The notes: a model not told the origin generated them from the letters alone. Positions 8,475 through 18,051 are shown, numbered from the stretch's first letter. The stretch: DNA of 64,000 nucleotides from Prochlorococcus sp. AG-347-M15 (GCA_003281185.1 QCCS01000003.1:34343-98342), one strand, 5' to 3'. Numbers and translations are program-made.

Positions 8475-8831
8475 TTAATTTGAAAAATATTTTTCTGCTC
8501 TCCTTAAGGCTTTTATTGCTCCTTTATAATCAAGACTTTTTAATTTTTCCTTACTTTTCTTTTCCAGCATTTTTACTATTTTATTTCTCTTTATTCCATC
8601 AATTTTCAGCTTATGATCAAATATAAGATCAAATTTTGAGGAATACAAACTAGATAATTCTTCTCTATATTTTTCAATAATTTTTTCATCACAAGATTTG
8701 GATTTCAATATTGCATTAGCCTTCATTTTGTCATCTATTGCCCCTTTAAAATTTCCTAGTTTAAATTTCTTTTCACTTGATCTAGTTAGCTTGATAATAT
8801 TTCCCAATATTAATTCATTAGAATCTTTCAT
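8475..8831 (-). CDS. Hypothetical protein with degenerate TPR-like repeats
   Basis: Internal repeat KFKLGNFKGAI / KLKSLDYKGAI. Confidence 0.65.
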   Translation of the reverse strand: MKDSNELILGNIIKLTRSSEKKFKLGNFKGAIDDKMKANAILKSKSCDEKIIEKYREELSSLYSSKFDLIFDHKLKIDGIKRNKIVKMLEKKSKEKLKSLDYKGAIKALRRAEKYFSN

Positions 8832-8910
8832 TTATTTATATGCCCTTAAGTTAATGCTATCAGAATAAAGAAAAAACAACTTATTTTTTAACACTCAAAT
8901 TATTAAATAA

Positions 8911-9210
8911 TTAACCAATAACAAGTCCTTTTTCAAGAAGTAAATCGAAAACCTCCACACTGTTCGTTTTCCCAAATTTAGGGGGCTTATGTAAATCTAA
9001 TATTTCAGCAAGACACATAATCCAATAAGTGTCTTTTTTTAAATTTAGACCTTCGCAAATATGGGTGGGGGCCGATTTAAAACAGCCAAATTCGGTTGAT
9101 ATATTAATGTTCATGATTTGAGTTTCAAGTTCCAGACTTAAAAGTTCTATTTCTTGCTCAGAAAGGGATGTCCCAAAAGAATATGATTCAATTAAAAGTT
9201 GATAATTCAT
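8911..9210 (-). CDS. Hypothetical protein
   Basis: ORF track; IC..L.L....W..C.A..LD pattern shared with 14972..15262. Confidence 0.7.
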   Translation of the reverse strand: MNYQLLIESYSFGTSLSEQEIELLSLELETQIMNINISTEFGCFKSAPTHICEGLNLKKDTYWIMCLAEILDLHKPPKFGKTNSVEVFDLLLEKGLVIG

Positions 9211-9225
9211 AAAAGATTTATTTTC

Positions 9226-9508
9226 TCAAGAAATCCATCGAGTTATTTTTGTACCCGCATAAAATATGCACTGAAGCTTCAACAATGGGTTTTGTTTCAG
9301 GATTCATAAAAATATCATATAGAACATTTTCTGGTCCTTGGAAAATTACAGTTGCCCTTTGAGGATCATCTAATAATTTACCAATATAAAAAGTTTTAAC
9401 TCCCATTTCTTTAAACATCTACTGCTGTCCCTCAGCATTCATATGAGATTCATATTCATCAAAAGTATTACACAGTTGAAAATCTAAAATAGTCGTTTCA
9501 ATAGTCAT
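9226..9508 (-). pseudogene. DUF3764-like pseudogene
   Basis: MTIETTILDFQLCNTFDEYESHMNAEGQQ, in-frame TAG at 9419-9421, then MFKEMGVKTFYIGK...; apparent extra T near the 3' end hides the family-like terminus HIYAGTKITRWIS*. Confidence 0.7.
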
Positions 9509-9646
9509 AGTAGTAATAAGATTTTTTTTAGATTTTAAATCTTTTTGAAAAAAAAATAATTGAATAAAGATTAGTTTTTATTAAGCAATGTATTAACTAA
9601 TTTTATTTATGAGTTATAAATCAACTATAAAAAACAGATTTTAATT

Positions 9647-10990
9647 TTGGACTTAAAAATTTCTCAAAGAGAACAATGGACTAGTAAGCTGGGATTCATC
9701 CTTGCAGCTGCTGGAAGCGCAGTAGGTCTTGGTAACCTTTGGGGTTTCGCCTATAGAGCCTCTCAAGGTGGAGGTGCTGCTTTTGTACTTTTATACATAC
9801 TCATCGTTTTAATTGTCTGCCTTCCAGTATTTGTTGCTGAAATGGCTTTAGGAAGAAACGCTACTTCCAGCACATTACTTGCACCAGTAAAGTTAGCTGG
9901 GAAAAATTGGTATCCTTTAGGAATTCTTTTCTTTTTAGCGCCTCTAGGAATAGCATCATATTATTCAGTAATAATGGGTTGGACGGCAGATACCTTGTTC
10001 CATTCATTATTTTTTGGATTACCAAAAAATTTAAATGAAGCAGAAACTTTCTTCGGCTCAATTAGTAGTGGCAGCAGTGTTTTGTTGGGCCACCTATTAA
10101 GTCTTGTTCTTACAGCCATAATAGTTTCATCAGGAATAAAAAAAGGAATCGAAAAAGTAACACGATTCTTTATGCCTATACTTTTTTTAATTCTTCTATT
10201 TTTAGCAATTTGGGCAACTTCACTTACAGGAGCATGGGAAGGATATAAAACATTTTTGTTTAAGTTTGATTTTGATGAATTAAAGAACCCTCAAACAATA
10301 AGAAATGCTTTTACACAAGCTTTCTTTTCTTTAAGTTTAGGAATTGGAGTTATGGTAACTTATGCTTCCTATCTAAACAAAAAGAGTAATCTTCCAAAAC
10401 TAAGTCTTGGAGTAGCATCATTAGATACTTTGGTGGGTCTTATGGCAGGACTTATAACTTTTCCGATTGTTTTAACATTTGGTTTAAGTGATGCTATCTC
10501 TGAATCTACAGTTGGTGCATTATTTATATCAATTCCTACGGGATTAGGATCATATGGAGCGGTTGGAAGAATTGTAGCTGTTGCATTTTTTGCACTAGCT
10601 TATATTGCAGCAATAACTTCATCTGTTTCATTATTAGAGGTTCCAGTTTCCTCTTTAATGGATAAATTTGGTTTTAAAAGAGAAAAATCTGTTTGGCTGA
10701 TAACTCTTTTCCTGTTTTTAGCAGGCATTCCTTCTGCATTAAACTTAAACATTCTTGGAACTATTGATTCGATTTTTGGAGGAGTATTACTAATATTTGG
10801 TGGATTCTTGGTTACTTTCTTTATGGGATGGGTAGTCCCAGGAAAGTTCAATGAAGAGCTTAGTGATTCAAAAGTTGGAGTCAAAACTACCCGTTATCTA
10901 AAATTCATGACAAGATGGATAGCGCCTCCAATTATTGGTCTTGGACTATTTATTAGCGTGTTTGATTTGCTGAAAGGCTGGGTAAGTTAA
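9647..10990 (+). CDS. Sodium-dependent transporter, NSS/SNF family
   Basis: REQW.SKLGFILAAAGSAVGLGNLW signature; QAFFSLSLG. Confidence 0.95.
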   Translation: MDLKISQREQWTSKLGFILAAAGSAVGLGNLWGFAYRASQGGGAAFVLLYILIVLIVCLPVFVAEMALGRNATSSTLLAPVKLAGKNWYPLGILFFLAPLGIASYYSVIMGWTADTLFHSLFFGLPKNLNEAETFFGSISSGSSVLLGHLLSLVLTAIIVSSGIKKGIEKVTRFFMPILFLILLFLAIWATSLTGAWEGYKTFLFKFDFDELKNPQTIRNAFTQAFFSLSLGIGVMVTYASYLNKKSNLPKLSLGVASLDTLVGLMAGLITFPIVLTFGLSDAISESTVGALFISIPTGLGSYGAVGRIVAVAFFALAYIAAITSSVSLLEVPVSSLMDKFGFKREKSVWLITLFLFLAGIPSALNLNILGTIDSIFGGVLLIFGGFLVTFFMGWVVPGKFNEELSDSKVGVKTTRYLKFMTRWIAPPIIGLGLFISVFDLLKGWVS

Positions 10991-11392
10991 AAATAAATAA
11001 AATTATAATTTATAAAATTGAATAAATTTACTGCGATATAGTGCGGAAATAGGGGGAGGGTGCAAGTCTAAAAAAGATAAAATAGTTTAACTTTTTCGCA
11101 TTATTTTTGATCAAACTCAAAAAAAATATTAGTCAATAATTAAGTATTTGCAATGGTTATTAATTAAAAAATTGATATGAAGACTAAGTGCTTTGTTTTA
11201 TTACCAAAGTCTAAATATTTTTCTCAAGAAAATGTTTTACTGCGGAACCTTTTTTTTAATGAAGTATTAAAATTTAACTTATATTAAATCTCAAACGTAT
11301 CGGCAAAAACCATCCCTAATAGAATCTATATAAAATGAATTTAGGTGTTTAATTTAAAGGAATTATAGCGCCTAAAAGAATAGATAACAAAT

Positions 11393-13099
11393 TTGATGTC
11401 AACCAAATCTGATTCATTAAAAGGAAAGCTTACAGAAAATTTTTCCGAATTTTCTCAACTATCTGACTATTCTTTTATGAATTCTCTTAAAGCAGATCCT
11501 CAATCAACAAAAGATGGAAATGATCATAAGCCGCGTTCAGTATATTCAGGTCATTACGTACCAGTTGTTCCAACTGCTATTCCAGAACCAGAATATATTT
11601 CCCATAGCAACAAACTTTTTAAAGAACTAAGGCTAAGCTCAAATCTTACTAAAGACCAGAATTTTTGTCGTTTTTTCTCAGGTGATATTTCTGTTGCTAA
11701 TTATCCAATGAGTCATGTTGGTTGGGCAACAGGTTATGCATTATCTATTTACGGGACTGAATATACCCAACAATGTCCCTTTGGCACTGGCAATGGTTAT
11801 GGCGATGGCAGAGCAATTTCTGTTTTTGAAGGTTTATTCAATGGGAAAAGAATGGAAATGCAACTTAAAGGAGGAGGTCCAACTCCCTACTGTCGTGGAG
11901 CAGATGGTAGAGCTGTCTTAAGGTCTAGCGTTCGAGAATTTCTCGCACAGGAATTAATGGATGCCTTGGGAATCCCTACCTCAAGATCTTTAACACTTTA
12001 TGTCTCACGTTCAGAAATAGTTAGAAGACCGTGGTATTCCAAAGGGTCCAGATATTTTGAACCTGATATCATGATTGATAATCAAGCAGCAATTACTACG
12101 AGAGTCGCTCCATCTTTTTTACGTATAGGCCAGATTGAACTTTTTGCAAGAAGAGTTCGCGATAATGCGCATGATGAGGCCCTCAATGAACTAAAGATGA
12201 TAGTTCAACATCTAATTAACAGAAATTATAAAGATGAAATTGAATATGAGATTTCGATTCAACGTAAAGTGATAAAACTGGCTTCTTTATACAGATCAAG
12301 ACTTATATCACTTATAGCCAACTGGATGAGAGTTGGTTATTGCCAGGGTAATTTCAATAGTGATAATTGTGCTGCTGGAGGTTATACCTTGGATTATGGC
12401 CCCTTTGGATTCTGTGAATTATTTGATCCAAGATTTCAACCATGGACAGGTGGAGGTGAACATTTCTCATTTTTTAACCAGCCTTCTGCAGCGGCAATCA
12501 ACTTTAAAACATTCTGTTCCTCTCTTAGTCCGTTACTTTCACAAAGCAAACAAGATCAAGAAAAGTTAGATCAAATCGAAAAAGACTTTTCTGAATTAAT
12601 GAATAAGGAATTGATGAAAATGTGGGCAAACAAGCTAGGTTTAGAACATTACAACGAAACTCTAATAAATGAATTTTTTAATCTCATGGTCATTTCAAAA
12701 GCAGACTATACAATTTTGTTCCGTAAAATCTCTGAAATCCCTGATAACTTAAATTCTTTAAAAGACTGTTTCTATTTGCCAATTAATGACGAGCTCAATA
12801 ATAGGTGGGAAGTATGGCTTGAAAACTGGCAATCAGTGTTGAAGAAAGAGGGAAATATTAAAGCAAAATCGGCATCAATGAAATCACTTAATCCAGTCTA
12901 TACTTGGCGCGAATGGATGGTCGTTCCTGCATATGAAGAAGCTGAAAAGGGAAATTACAAGAAAATAAAAGAGTTACAGGATATCTTTAGCAATCCATAT
13001 GTAGAACAACCCGCAGAAATAGATCAAAAATATAATCGACTAAAGCCAAGACAGTATTTTAATTATGGAGGAGTATCTCATTACAGTTGTTCTTCGTAA
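11393..13099 (+). CDS. selO: Protein adenylyltransferase SelO/YdiU family
   Basis: GDGRA, QLKGGGPTPY.RGADGRAVLRSS.REFL, QGNFNSDN, LDYGPFGF, C-terminal SCSS. Confidence 0.92.
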   Translation: MMSTKSDSLKGKLTENFSEFSQLSDYSFMNSLKADPQSTKDGNDHKPRSVYSGHYVPVVPTAIPEPEYISHSNKLFKELRLSSNLTKDQNFCRFFSGDISVANYPMSHVGWATGYALSIYGTEYTQQCPFGTGNGYGDGRAISVFEGLFNGKRMEMQLKGGGPTPYCRGADGRAVLRSSVREFLAQELMDALGIPTSRSLTLYVSRSEIVRRPWYSKGSRYFEPDIMIDNQAAITTRVAPSFLRIGQIELFARRVRDNAHDEALNELKMIVQHLINRNYKDEIEYEISIQRKVIKLASLYRSRLISLIANWMRVGYCQGNFNSDNCAAGGYTLDYGPFGFCELFDPRFQPWTGGGEHFSFFNQPSAAAINFKTFCSSLSPLLSQSKQDQEKLDQIEKDFSELMNKELMKMWANKLGLEHYNETLINEFFNLMVISKADYTILFRKISEIPDNLNSLKDCFYLPINDELNNRWEVWLENWQSVLKKEGNIKAKSASMKSLNPVYTWREWMVVPAYEEAEKGNYKKIKELQDIFSNPYVEQPAEIDQKYNRLKPRQYFNYGGVSHYSCSS

Positions 13100-13143
13100 A
13101 AGGTAAATCCTAAAAATGCAGATTGAATAACTTAGAGAAAATT

Positions 13144-13584
13144 TTATTCATTTATGGCCGTAGGCATTCCAACTACTGATACAACTCCCACATGAAGTAT
13201 GGCCGGCTTCTTTCCAACATTTTTCACAAAGTGGGGGCCCCCATTATTACTCTCTATAAATGCATCACCCGCTTTGAAGAAATTAATTTCTTCACCCCTA
13301 ACATGTTTTAATCTTCCTCTGGTGACATGAATCAACATTGGGGAAGGATGAGTATGAATTGGAGTTTTCAAGCCAACTGGAATCTTGACTTTTAAGAGTC
13401 TTAATTCAGGCTTACCCTCGAGATAATTAAAATTTTTACCACTAAGTCCTTTTGAACTTTGAATAATAGGTATAACTTCAATCTTTTCTTCAGCAAGAGA
13501 AGGTTGTGGTAAAGCTAAAGTCCCAATAAAAAGTAAACAAAATGGAATAAATGTTTTTATATGCATTAGATATTTAAGTTTCAC
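13144..13584 (-). CDS. Secreted cupin-domain protein
   Basis: Signal peptide; PIHTHP..., FKAGDAFIE...PHFVKN cupin motifs. Confidence 0.85.
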   Translation of the reverse strand: MKLKYLMHIKTFIPFCLLFIGTLALPQPSLAEEKIEVIPIIQSSKGLSGKNFNYLEGKPELRLLKVKIPVGLKTPIHTHPSPMLIHVTRGRLKHVRGEEINFFKAGDAFIESNNGGPHFVKNVGKKPAILHVGVVSVVGMPTAINE

Positions 13585-13619
13585 TAATAATAGGTAGTTT
13601 GCAAAAATAATAAACTAAT

Positions 13620-13781
13620 TTATTTCTTATATAACTTCTCTAATTGCTTAATTTCCTCTCTTAAATCCTTACCTCTCTTATTTAATTTATTATTTTTAAT
13701 AACTATTGGGATAATCCACCAGGCTTGAAGACCTAAAAAGATAAATACTAGGATCAATAATTCAAAAGTACCAGGCTGCAT
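13620..13781 (-). CDS. Small membrane protein (53 aa)
   Basis: MQPGTFELLILVFIFLGLQAWWIIPIVIKNNKLNKRGKDLREEIKQLEKLYKK*. Confidence 0.6.
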   Translation of the reverse strand: MQPGTFELLILVFIFLGLQAWWIIPIVIKNNKLNKRGKDLREEIKQLEKLYKK

Positions 13782-13854
13782 TTGATAAATAACCCTTCTT
13801 TGTTAATAACATTATTCTAAAAGTTATTAAACATTCATGAGATTTGGAATTTTT

Positions 13855-14037
13855 CTAGGCTGCCTCTAATTCAATATTAAGTTCAATTCCCTTTGAAATG
13901 ATTGCTTCTTTAAATTCAATAAGTTTAGAAATTATTCTTTGCTTCTCAGGATCAGTTTTGTGGATATCATCTACAACTTCCTGCATTGCAAGTGTTACTT
14001 TTTGTAGTTTGATTTCTAGATCTTCCCTGTAATTCAT
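13855..14037 (-). CDS. Hypothetical protein
   Basis: ORF track, helical 60 aa. Confidence 0.7.
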   Translation of the reverse strand: MNYREDLEIKLQKVTLAMQEVVDDIHKTDPEKQRIISKLIEFKEAIISKGIELNIELEAA

Positions 14038-14083
14038 AAGCTTAAAGAAATTATCTTATTTATTAAAAAACAAAATAATTATT

Positions 14084-14156
14084 AGTAAATAAGTACTTAA
14101 CCTTAAAAGGATTGACAGCAAAACAAGGAGGATATAATTTATAGTACAAACGTATC
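14084..14156. promoter_or_regulatory. Two putative cyanobacterial LexA boxes in a divergent promoter
   Basis: AGTAAATAAGTACT (14084-14097) and AGTACAAACGTATC (14143-14156) resemble RGTAC-N3-DGTWCB; TTGACA at 14112 and TATAAT at 14133 lie between them. Confidence 0.45.
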
Positions 14157-14187
14157 AATAATTAACCAGCCGATTATAAGATAAATT

Positions 14188-14457
14188 ATGGAGCCTAAGT
14201 ACTCATTTGGTTGTAGCACTAGCAAACCCAACGGATGTCTACTAAATCCCGAAGGCAGCAGAATGATCTTTTTCGAAGAATGCAAAAATTCTCCTAAACC
14301 TAATTTAAAAATTCATACTCATATTTTCTACACAAATCACCTTGGAGAACCAGGAGGGTACAAATCCTCTGAAAAACTCAACATAGATTCAGCTTGGAAA
14401 AAGTGGCACGAACTTCACCGAAAAGGATGGACAGAAGTATCGCACAATTACGGATAA
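14188..14457 (+). CDS. DUF1651-like protein
   Basis: G.L.NP...R...F, P...K....L....A...W..L...GW pattern. Confidence 0.7.
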   Translation: MEPKYSFGCSTSKPNGCLLNPEGSRMIFFEECKNSPKPNLKIHTHIFYTNHLGEPGGYKSSEKLNIDSAWKKWHELHRKGWTEVSHNYG

Positions 14458-14719
14458 GGGATCCCTCCAATAAAAAGTATTTTTGTTTATTTGAAAACTT
14501 TCAATCCTATTCATGTACAACTACAAATTAAATCAGAGTTTGAAAACAATGTAATCGTAGATACCAACAGCTTTTTTATTAATTGATTATAAATTAAAAA
14601 CACGAGTTAACCCGTTCTAATTTGTTGACTCTGAGGTTTTAACCGTTGACTCTTTATTTACTTCTAGTTTTGACTCGCTAGATTCAAGATTCAAAAACGG
14701 TATTTATTTAACTTAAATC

Positions 14720-14857
14720 ATGGAAAAAAAAATCGCAAAGAAATACGCCGATCTTATAGTCCAGGCTAATAATTCAACTGGCAGAAAAGAATCTTTGTCA
14801 TTAATTAAACAAGCAACAAAATTAAAAACCAAACTTGATCAATACGAAATGATGTAG
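14720..14857 (+). CDS. Small protein (45 aa), paralog of 7160..7294
   Basis: MEKKIAKKYADLIVQANNSTGRKESLSLIKQATKLKTKLDQYEMM*. Confidence 0.7.
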   Translation: MEKKIAKKYADLIVQANNSTGRKESLSLIKQATKLKTKLDQYEMM

Positions 14858-14971
14858 TTTCTTAATTATCGATAGGAGTTTCAAGATGAGGTAGAAACTA
14901 GCTACTTTTTTTTTATCTTGCTATACAAATACTAAGAGATGATTTAACTTCTTCTGCTTTAATAAAATATC

Positions 14972-15262
14972 GTGGAATTAACTGAGCTAATTAAGGATTA
15001 CGTCGCTACAGAATTATTATCAAGTATTGAAATTGACTTTCTAGAAGGAGAATTATGGGAAACTACTCAACATATTGCAGAAATAAATACAGTTATCAAA
15101 GCTCCAAAAAATATATGTAAGAAATTAGGACTAGATGAAAATTCTTGTTGGCAATTATGTTGTGCAGCCGTTCTTGACTCCTCAAGACCATTAAAGAATG
15201 GACAAAAAAGAGTTGATGACTTTAAAAGATTAATTAATCGATATGAAATTAACTACATATAA
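14972..15262 (+). CDS. Hypothetical protein
   Basis: ORF track; related pattern to 8911..9210. Confidence 0.7.
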   Translation: MELTELIKDYVATELLSSIEIDFLEGELWETTQHIAEINTVIKAPKNICKKLGLDENSCWQLCCAAVLDSSRPLKNGQKRVDDFKRLINRYEINYI

Positions 15263-15572
15263 ACCAAAAGACTCAATGATACGTTTACTTATTGCATCAA
15301 TTCTTTTTTTTATTCCACTAGGAGGTTTTGCTGATGAAAAGCAAAGAGAAATTGAGAATGAAGCTTTAAATCTTGTTATTAAAAAATATGGAAAAGGCTT
15401 AGAAAATAGTTTAAAAGGAACGGGAGTAACTCCCAGTTATCGAAGTTGGTATGAAAATGATTGTTTTGTAAGTATTGCAGCAGGTACTTACCAAGAAGAT
15501 ACTTGGTCGGCAATGAAGTGGTTTAGTGTTAATGTCTGTTCTGAATCAGCTGAAATAATGGAAAGTGAATGA
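15243..15572 (+). CDS. Hypothetical secreted protein
   Basis: Signal peptide MIRLLIASILFFIPLGGFA (true start probably internal); two Cys. Confidence 0.7.
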   Translation: MKLTTYKPKDSMIRLLIASILFFIPLGGFADEKQREIENEALNLVIKKYGKGLENSLKGTGVTPSYRSWYENDCFVSIAAGTYQEDTWSAMKWFSVNVCSESAEIMESE

Positions 15573-16306
15573 AGGGAATAAGACGCCTATTAGTTTTGCA
15601 GCATTTAGATATAGAGGGGCCAGGTCTTTTTGAACAATTTGCTAAAGAAAGAAATTTAAAAATTGAAATAATTCGTTTAGATAATAAAAATGCTCAACCA
15701 CAAACAAAAAATGGTGACTTAATTTTAATTATGGGTGGACCAATGGGAGTTAAAGATATTGGAAGTGACAGATATCCATGGCTTAAGTTAGAAAGAGATT
15801 TTATAAAAAAAGAATTAGAAAATGAGAGACCTATAATCGGCGTTTGTCTAGGTGCTCAGTTGCTTGCGAGTGCTGCTGGAGGAGATGTAGAAATTCTTAA
15901 ATATGGATCACCTCCAAAAGCATTGCCAGAAATTGGATGGTATCAAATTTTTATTAATAAATCAAATAAAGACTTTAAAGCACTGTTTGAAGACCCTTTT
16001 CATGTACTACATTGGCATGGAGATAGGATTTTATTACCTGATAAAGCAGTACTAATTGCTAGTAGTGCACGTTGTAAGGAACAGTTTTTTAGGATTGGTA
16101 ATTTTGCTTACGGATTGCAATTCCATATAGAGACTACGGAGGGAATGATTAATAAATGGATTAAAGAAGATAAAGATTTTGTCCTTAAAGGGTTAGGCTC
16201 AAATGGTCAGGAAATTTTAAAAGAAGAGAATAAAAAATATATTGATAAAACTTTTTTCAAAAGAAAGCTTTTAATAAGTAAATTATTTGAATTATTAGAT
16301 TATTAA
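15569..16306 (+). CDS. Type 1 glutamine amidotransferase-like protein
   Basis: ILIMGGPMG, IGVCLGAQL (nucleophile Cys), WHGD, GLQFHIE. Confidence 0.9.
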   Translation: MKGIRRLLVLQHLDIEGPGLFEQFAKERNLKIEIIRLDNKNAQPQTKNGDLILIMGGPMGVKDIGSDRYPWLKLERDFIKKELENERPIIGVCLGAQLLASAAGGDVEILKYGSPPKALPEIGWYQIFINKSNKDFKALFEDPFHVLHWHGDRILLPDKAVLIASSARCKEQFFRIGNFAYGLQFHIETTEGMINKWIKEDKDFVLKGLGSNGQEILKEENKKYIDKTFFKRKLLISKLFELLDY

Positions 16307-16374
16307 AAAGAGAATAATAATCCAGTAAAAAAGGGCTTAATAAAGCCCTGAAAAAAATTTTAAAAGAACTTTTA

Positions 16375-16503
16375 CTAGAAAATTCCTGGAAGAATTTGAC
16401 CAGTAAAATAATAAGCTCCAACAAGAGCAAACATACCAAGCATTGCTGCTTTACCATTAAGCTTTTCAGCTTTTTCGGTCATGATTTTTTTTGCGAATTC
16501 CAT
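16375..16503 (-). CDS. hli: High-light-inducible protein (Hli)
   Basis: Not in ORF track; MEFAKKIMTEKAEKLNGKAAMLGMFALVGAYYFTGQILPGIF*; AExxNG..AM.G and TGQIxPGxF motifs (alternative start 16482). Confidence 0.9.
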   Translation of the reverse strand: MEFAKKIMTEKAEKLNGKAAMLGMFALVGAYYFTGQILPGIF

Positions 16504-16529
16504 AATAAAGTGAAATAGATTATATCTAA

Positions 16530-16571
16530 AAACTAATTATTCAAATTCTATAATGAAGTAGTATTTCATAC
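16530..16571 (-). promoter_or_regulatory. Canonical NtcA-activated promoter of the hli gene
   Basis: GTA-gtatttca-TAC at 16558-16571; on the minus strand 22 nt spacer then TAGTTT (TAN3T) at 16535-16530. Confidence 0.7.
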
Positions 16572-16634
16572 CTAAATCACTTTTTTTTCTAAGAATTTTT
16601 TTTTAATTTATTTTTCATTAATAATATTAGAAAT

Positions 16635-17936
16635 TTAAGAACCTAAAAGAGCTTTGCACTCTAGCATTTCTTTAGTAGCCGCTGATTTATTTGATCTCAA
16701 TGAAATAATATCTGCTAAAAAGTTTGCATCATCTTTTACTCCACAAAAACGTCCTGAGCCCCATGTATACAGCCAAGGCAAACCAAGAAAATATAGCCCA
16801 GGAGATTGTGTTACACCTCTTTCATGAACTGGGATACCAGCTCCGTCAAAAACTGAGACATCTACCCAACTAAAATCACTTTTATAGCCTGTACACCAAA
16901 TCACTACTGCTAAGTTGTTGCATTCAAGTTGAGTACCTTTGAAATCTTCAGTTGGTTCCCAACATGGAACATATATTTCTTCTTTAGGAGCATCTATATT
17001 ATTTTTTGAAATCCACTCATCAATACTATTTCTTATTCTGCAATAAACAGAATCTGCTCCATCAAGATTTTTTGAAAGATCATTTGAGAATTGAATATTA
17101 TCAATAGTTAAATCTTTAAGTCGCCCATGAAGACTCATCCCTTCTTTTGCTCTCTTTCTAAGGTCTATTTCTCTTCCGTTATCTCTTCCAGTTAAATAAT
17201 GATTAGTTTTATTCCTTACACTTTTAGGATCATCGTGTTCACCAATAGGCATTGAATAATAACCCATTCTGTCCAGCCAATCTACAACATCTCTTCCTCT
17301 ATACCTTCTGGGAGATCTTGGAGCACTCCCAACACTTAGATGAACTTTTCTTTTTTCAAAAAAAAGATCTTCAGCTATTTGACAACCTGATTGACCACTA
17401 CCAACGACTAGGACAGGTCCGTCCGGTAATGAATTTGCATTTTTATATTCTCTCGCATCAATTTGCAGGATATTAGTTGGTAATCTCTCAGAAAGAGGAT
17501 GTCGGTTCGGTACATGATAAGCTCCAGTTGCTATTACAACTTGATCAGCTTCAAAATTTCCACGGTTAGTTGAAATAAAAAACTTTTCATTTTTTTTAAA
17601 TAAGTGTTTTACTTCAATCCCTTCAAGAATATCAGCCTTTACAAATTCAGAATATTTTTTTAAATATTTAATTATATTTTCTTTATCCATAAACCCATTA
17701 GGATCTTTACCAGAATATTGATAATCAGGAAGTGTGCATTGCCAATTTGGGGTCACAAGGCAGAAAGAATCCCAACGATGTTCTTTCCATGAAAACCCAA
17801 CATAATTTTTTTCTAAGATAAGAGGTTTTATTCCTTTTTTTTGTAGTGAATGAGCAATAGACAACCCTGCTTGTCCCGCACCAATAATAATGACAGAACA
17901 TTTAGCAGAAATTTGATTTAAAAATTCTTCAGCCAT
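16635..17936 (-). CDS. nitH: Nit1C FAD-dependent oxidoreductase (MSMEG_0569 family)
   Basis: IIGAGQAGL, RWDSFCLVTPNWQC, VVGSGQSGCQIAEDL, PRRYRGRDVV.WL, TWGSGRF; cluster context. Confidence 0.88.
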   Translation of the reverse strand: MAEEFLNQISAKCSVIIIGAGQAGLSIAHSLQKKGIKPLILEKNYVGFSWKEHRWDSFCLVTPNWQCTLPDYQYSGKDPNGFMDKENIIKYLKKYSEFVKADILEGIEVKHLFKKNEKFFISTNRGNFEADQVVIATGAYHVPNRHPLSERLPTNILQIDAREYKNANSLPDGPVLVVGSGQSGCQIAEDLFFEKRKVHLSVGSAPRSPRRYRGRDVVDWLDRMGYYSMPIGEHDDPKSVRNKTNHYLTGRDNGREIDLRKRAKEGMSLHGRLKDLTIDNIQFSNDLSKNLDGADSVYCRIRNSIDEWISKNNIDAPKEEIYVPCWEPTEDFKGTQLECNNLAVVIWCTGYKSDFSWVDVSVFDGAGIPVHERGVTQSPGLYFLGLPWLYTWGSGRFCGVKDDANFLADIISLRSNKSAATKEMLECKALLGS

Positions 17937-17983
17937 CTTTTTATTTATTAATATAATTCTGTCATATTTATGAGATTTAATTT

Positions 17984-18051
17984 GTTATCAAACTCACTAA
18001 AAATTTTTTTATCTGAAATCTTAAGTTAACTAATTTGGTGATATCGGTTAC
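17984..18051. promoter_or_regulatory. Two NtcA-like boxes in the divergent Nit1C promoter
   Basis: GTT-atcaaact-CAC (17984-17997) and GTG-atatcggt-TAC (18038-18051), both GT-N10-AC; each followed 22 nt away by an nAnnnT hexamer facing its gene. Confidence 0.55.

Noticed and set aside
9419-9421. Amber read-through (pyrrolysine or recoding)
   Set aside because: A second, frameshifting lesion in the same gene indicates a pseudogene; no Pyl machinery seen
16257-16457. 66-aa minus-strand ORF
   Set aside because: Alternate frame of the real hli gene at 16375..16503
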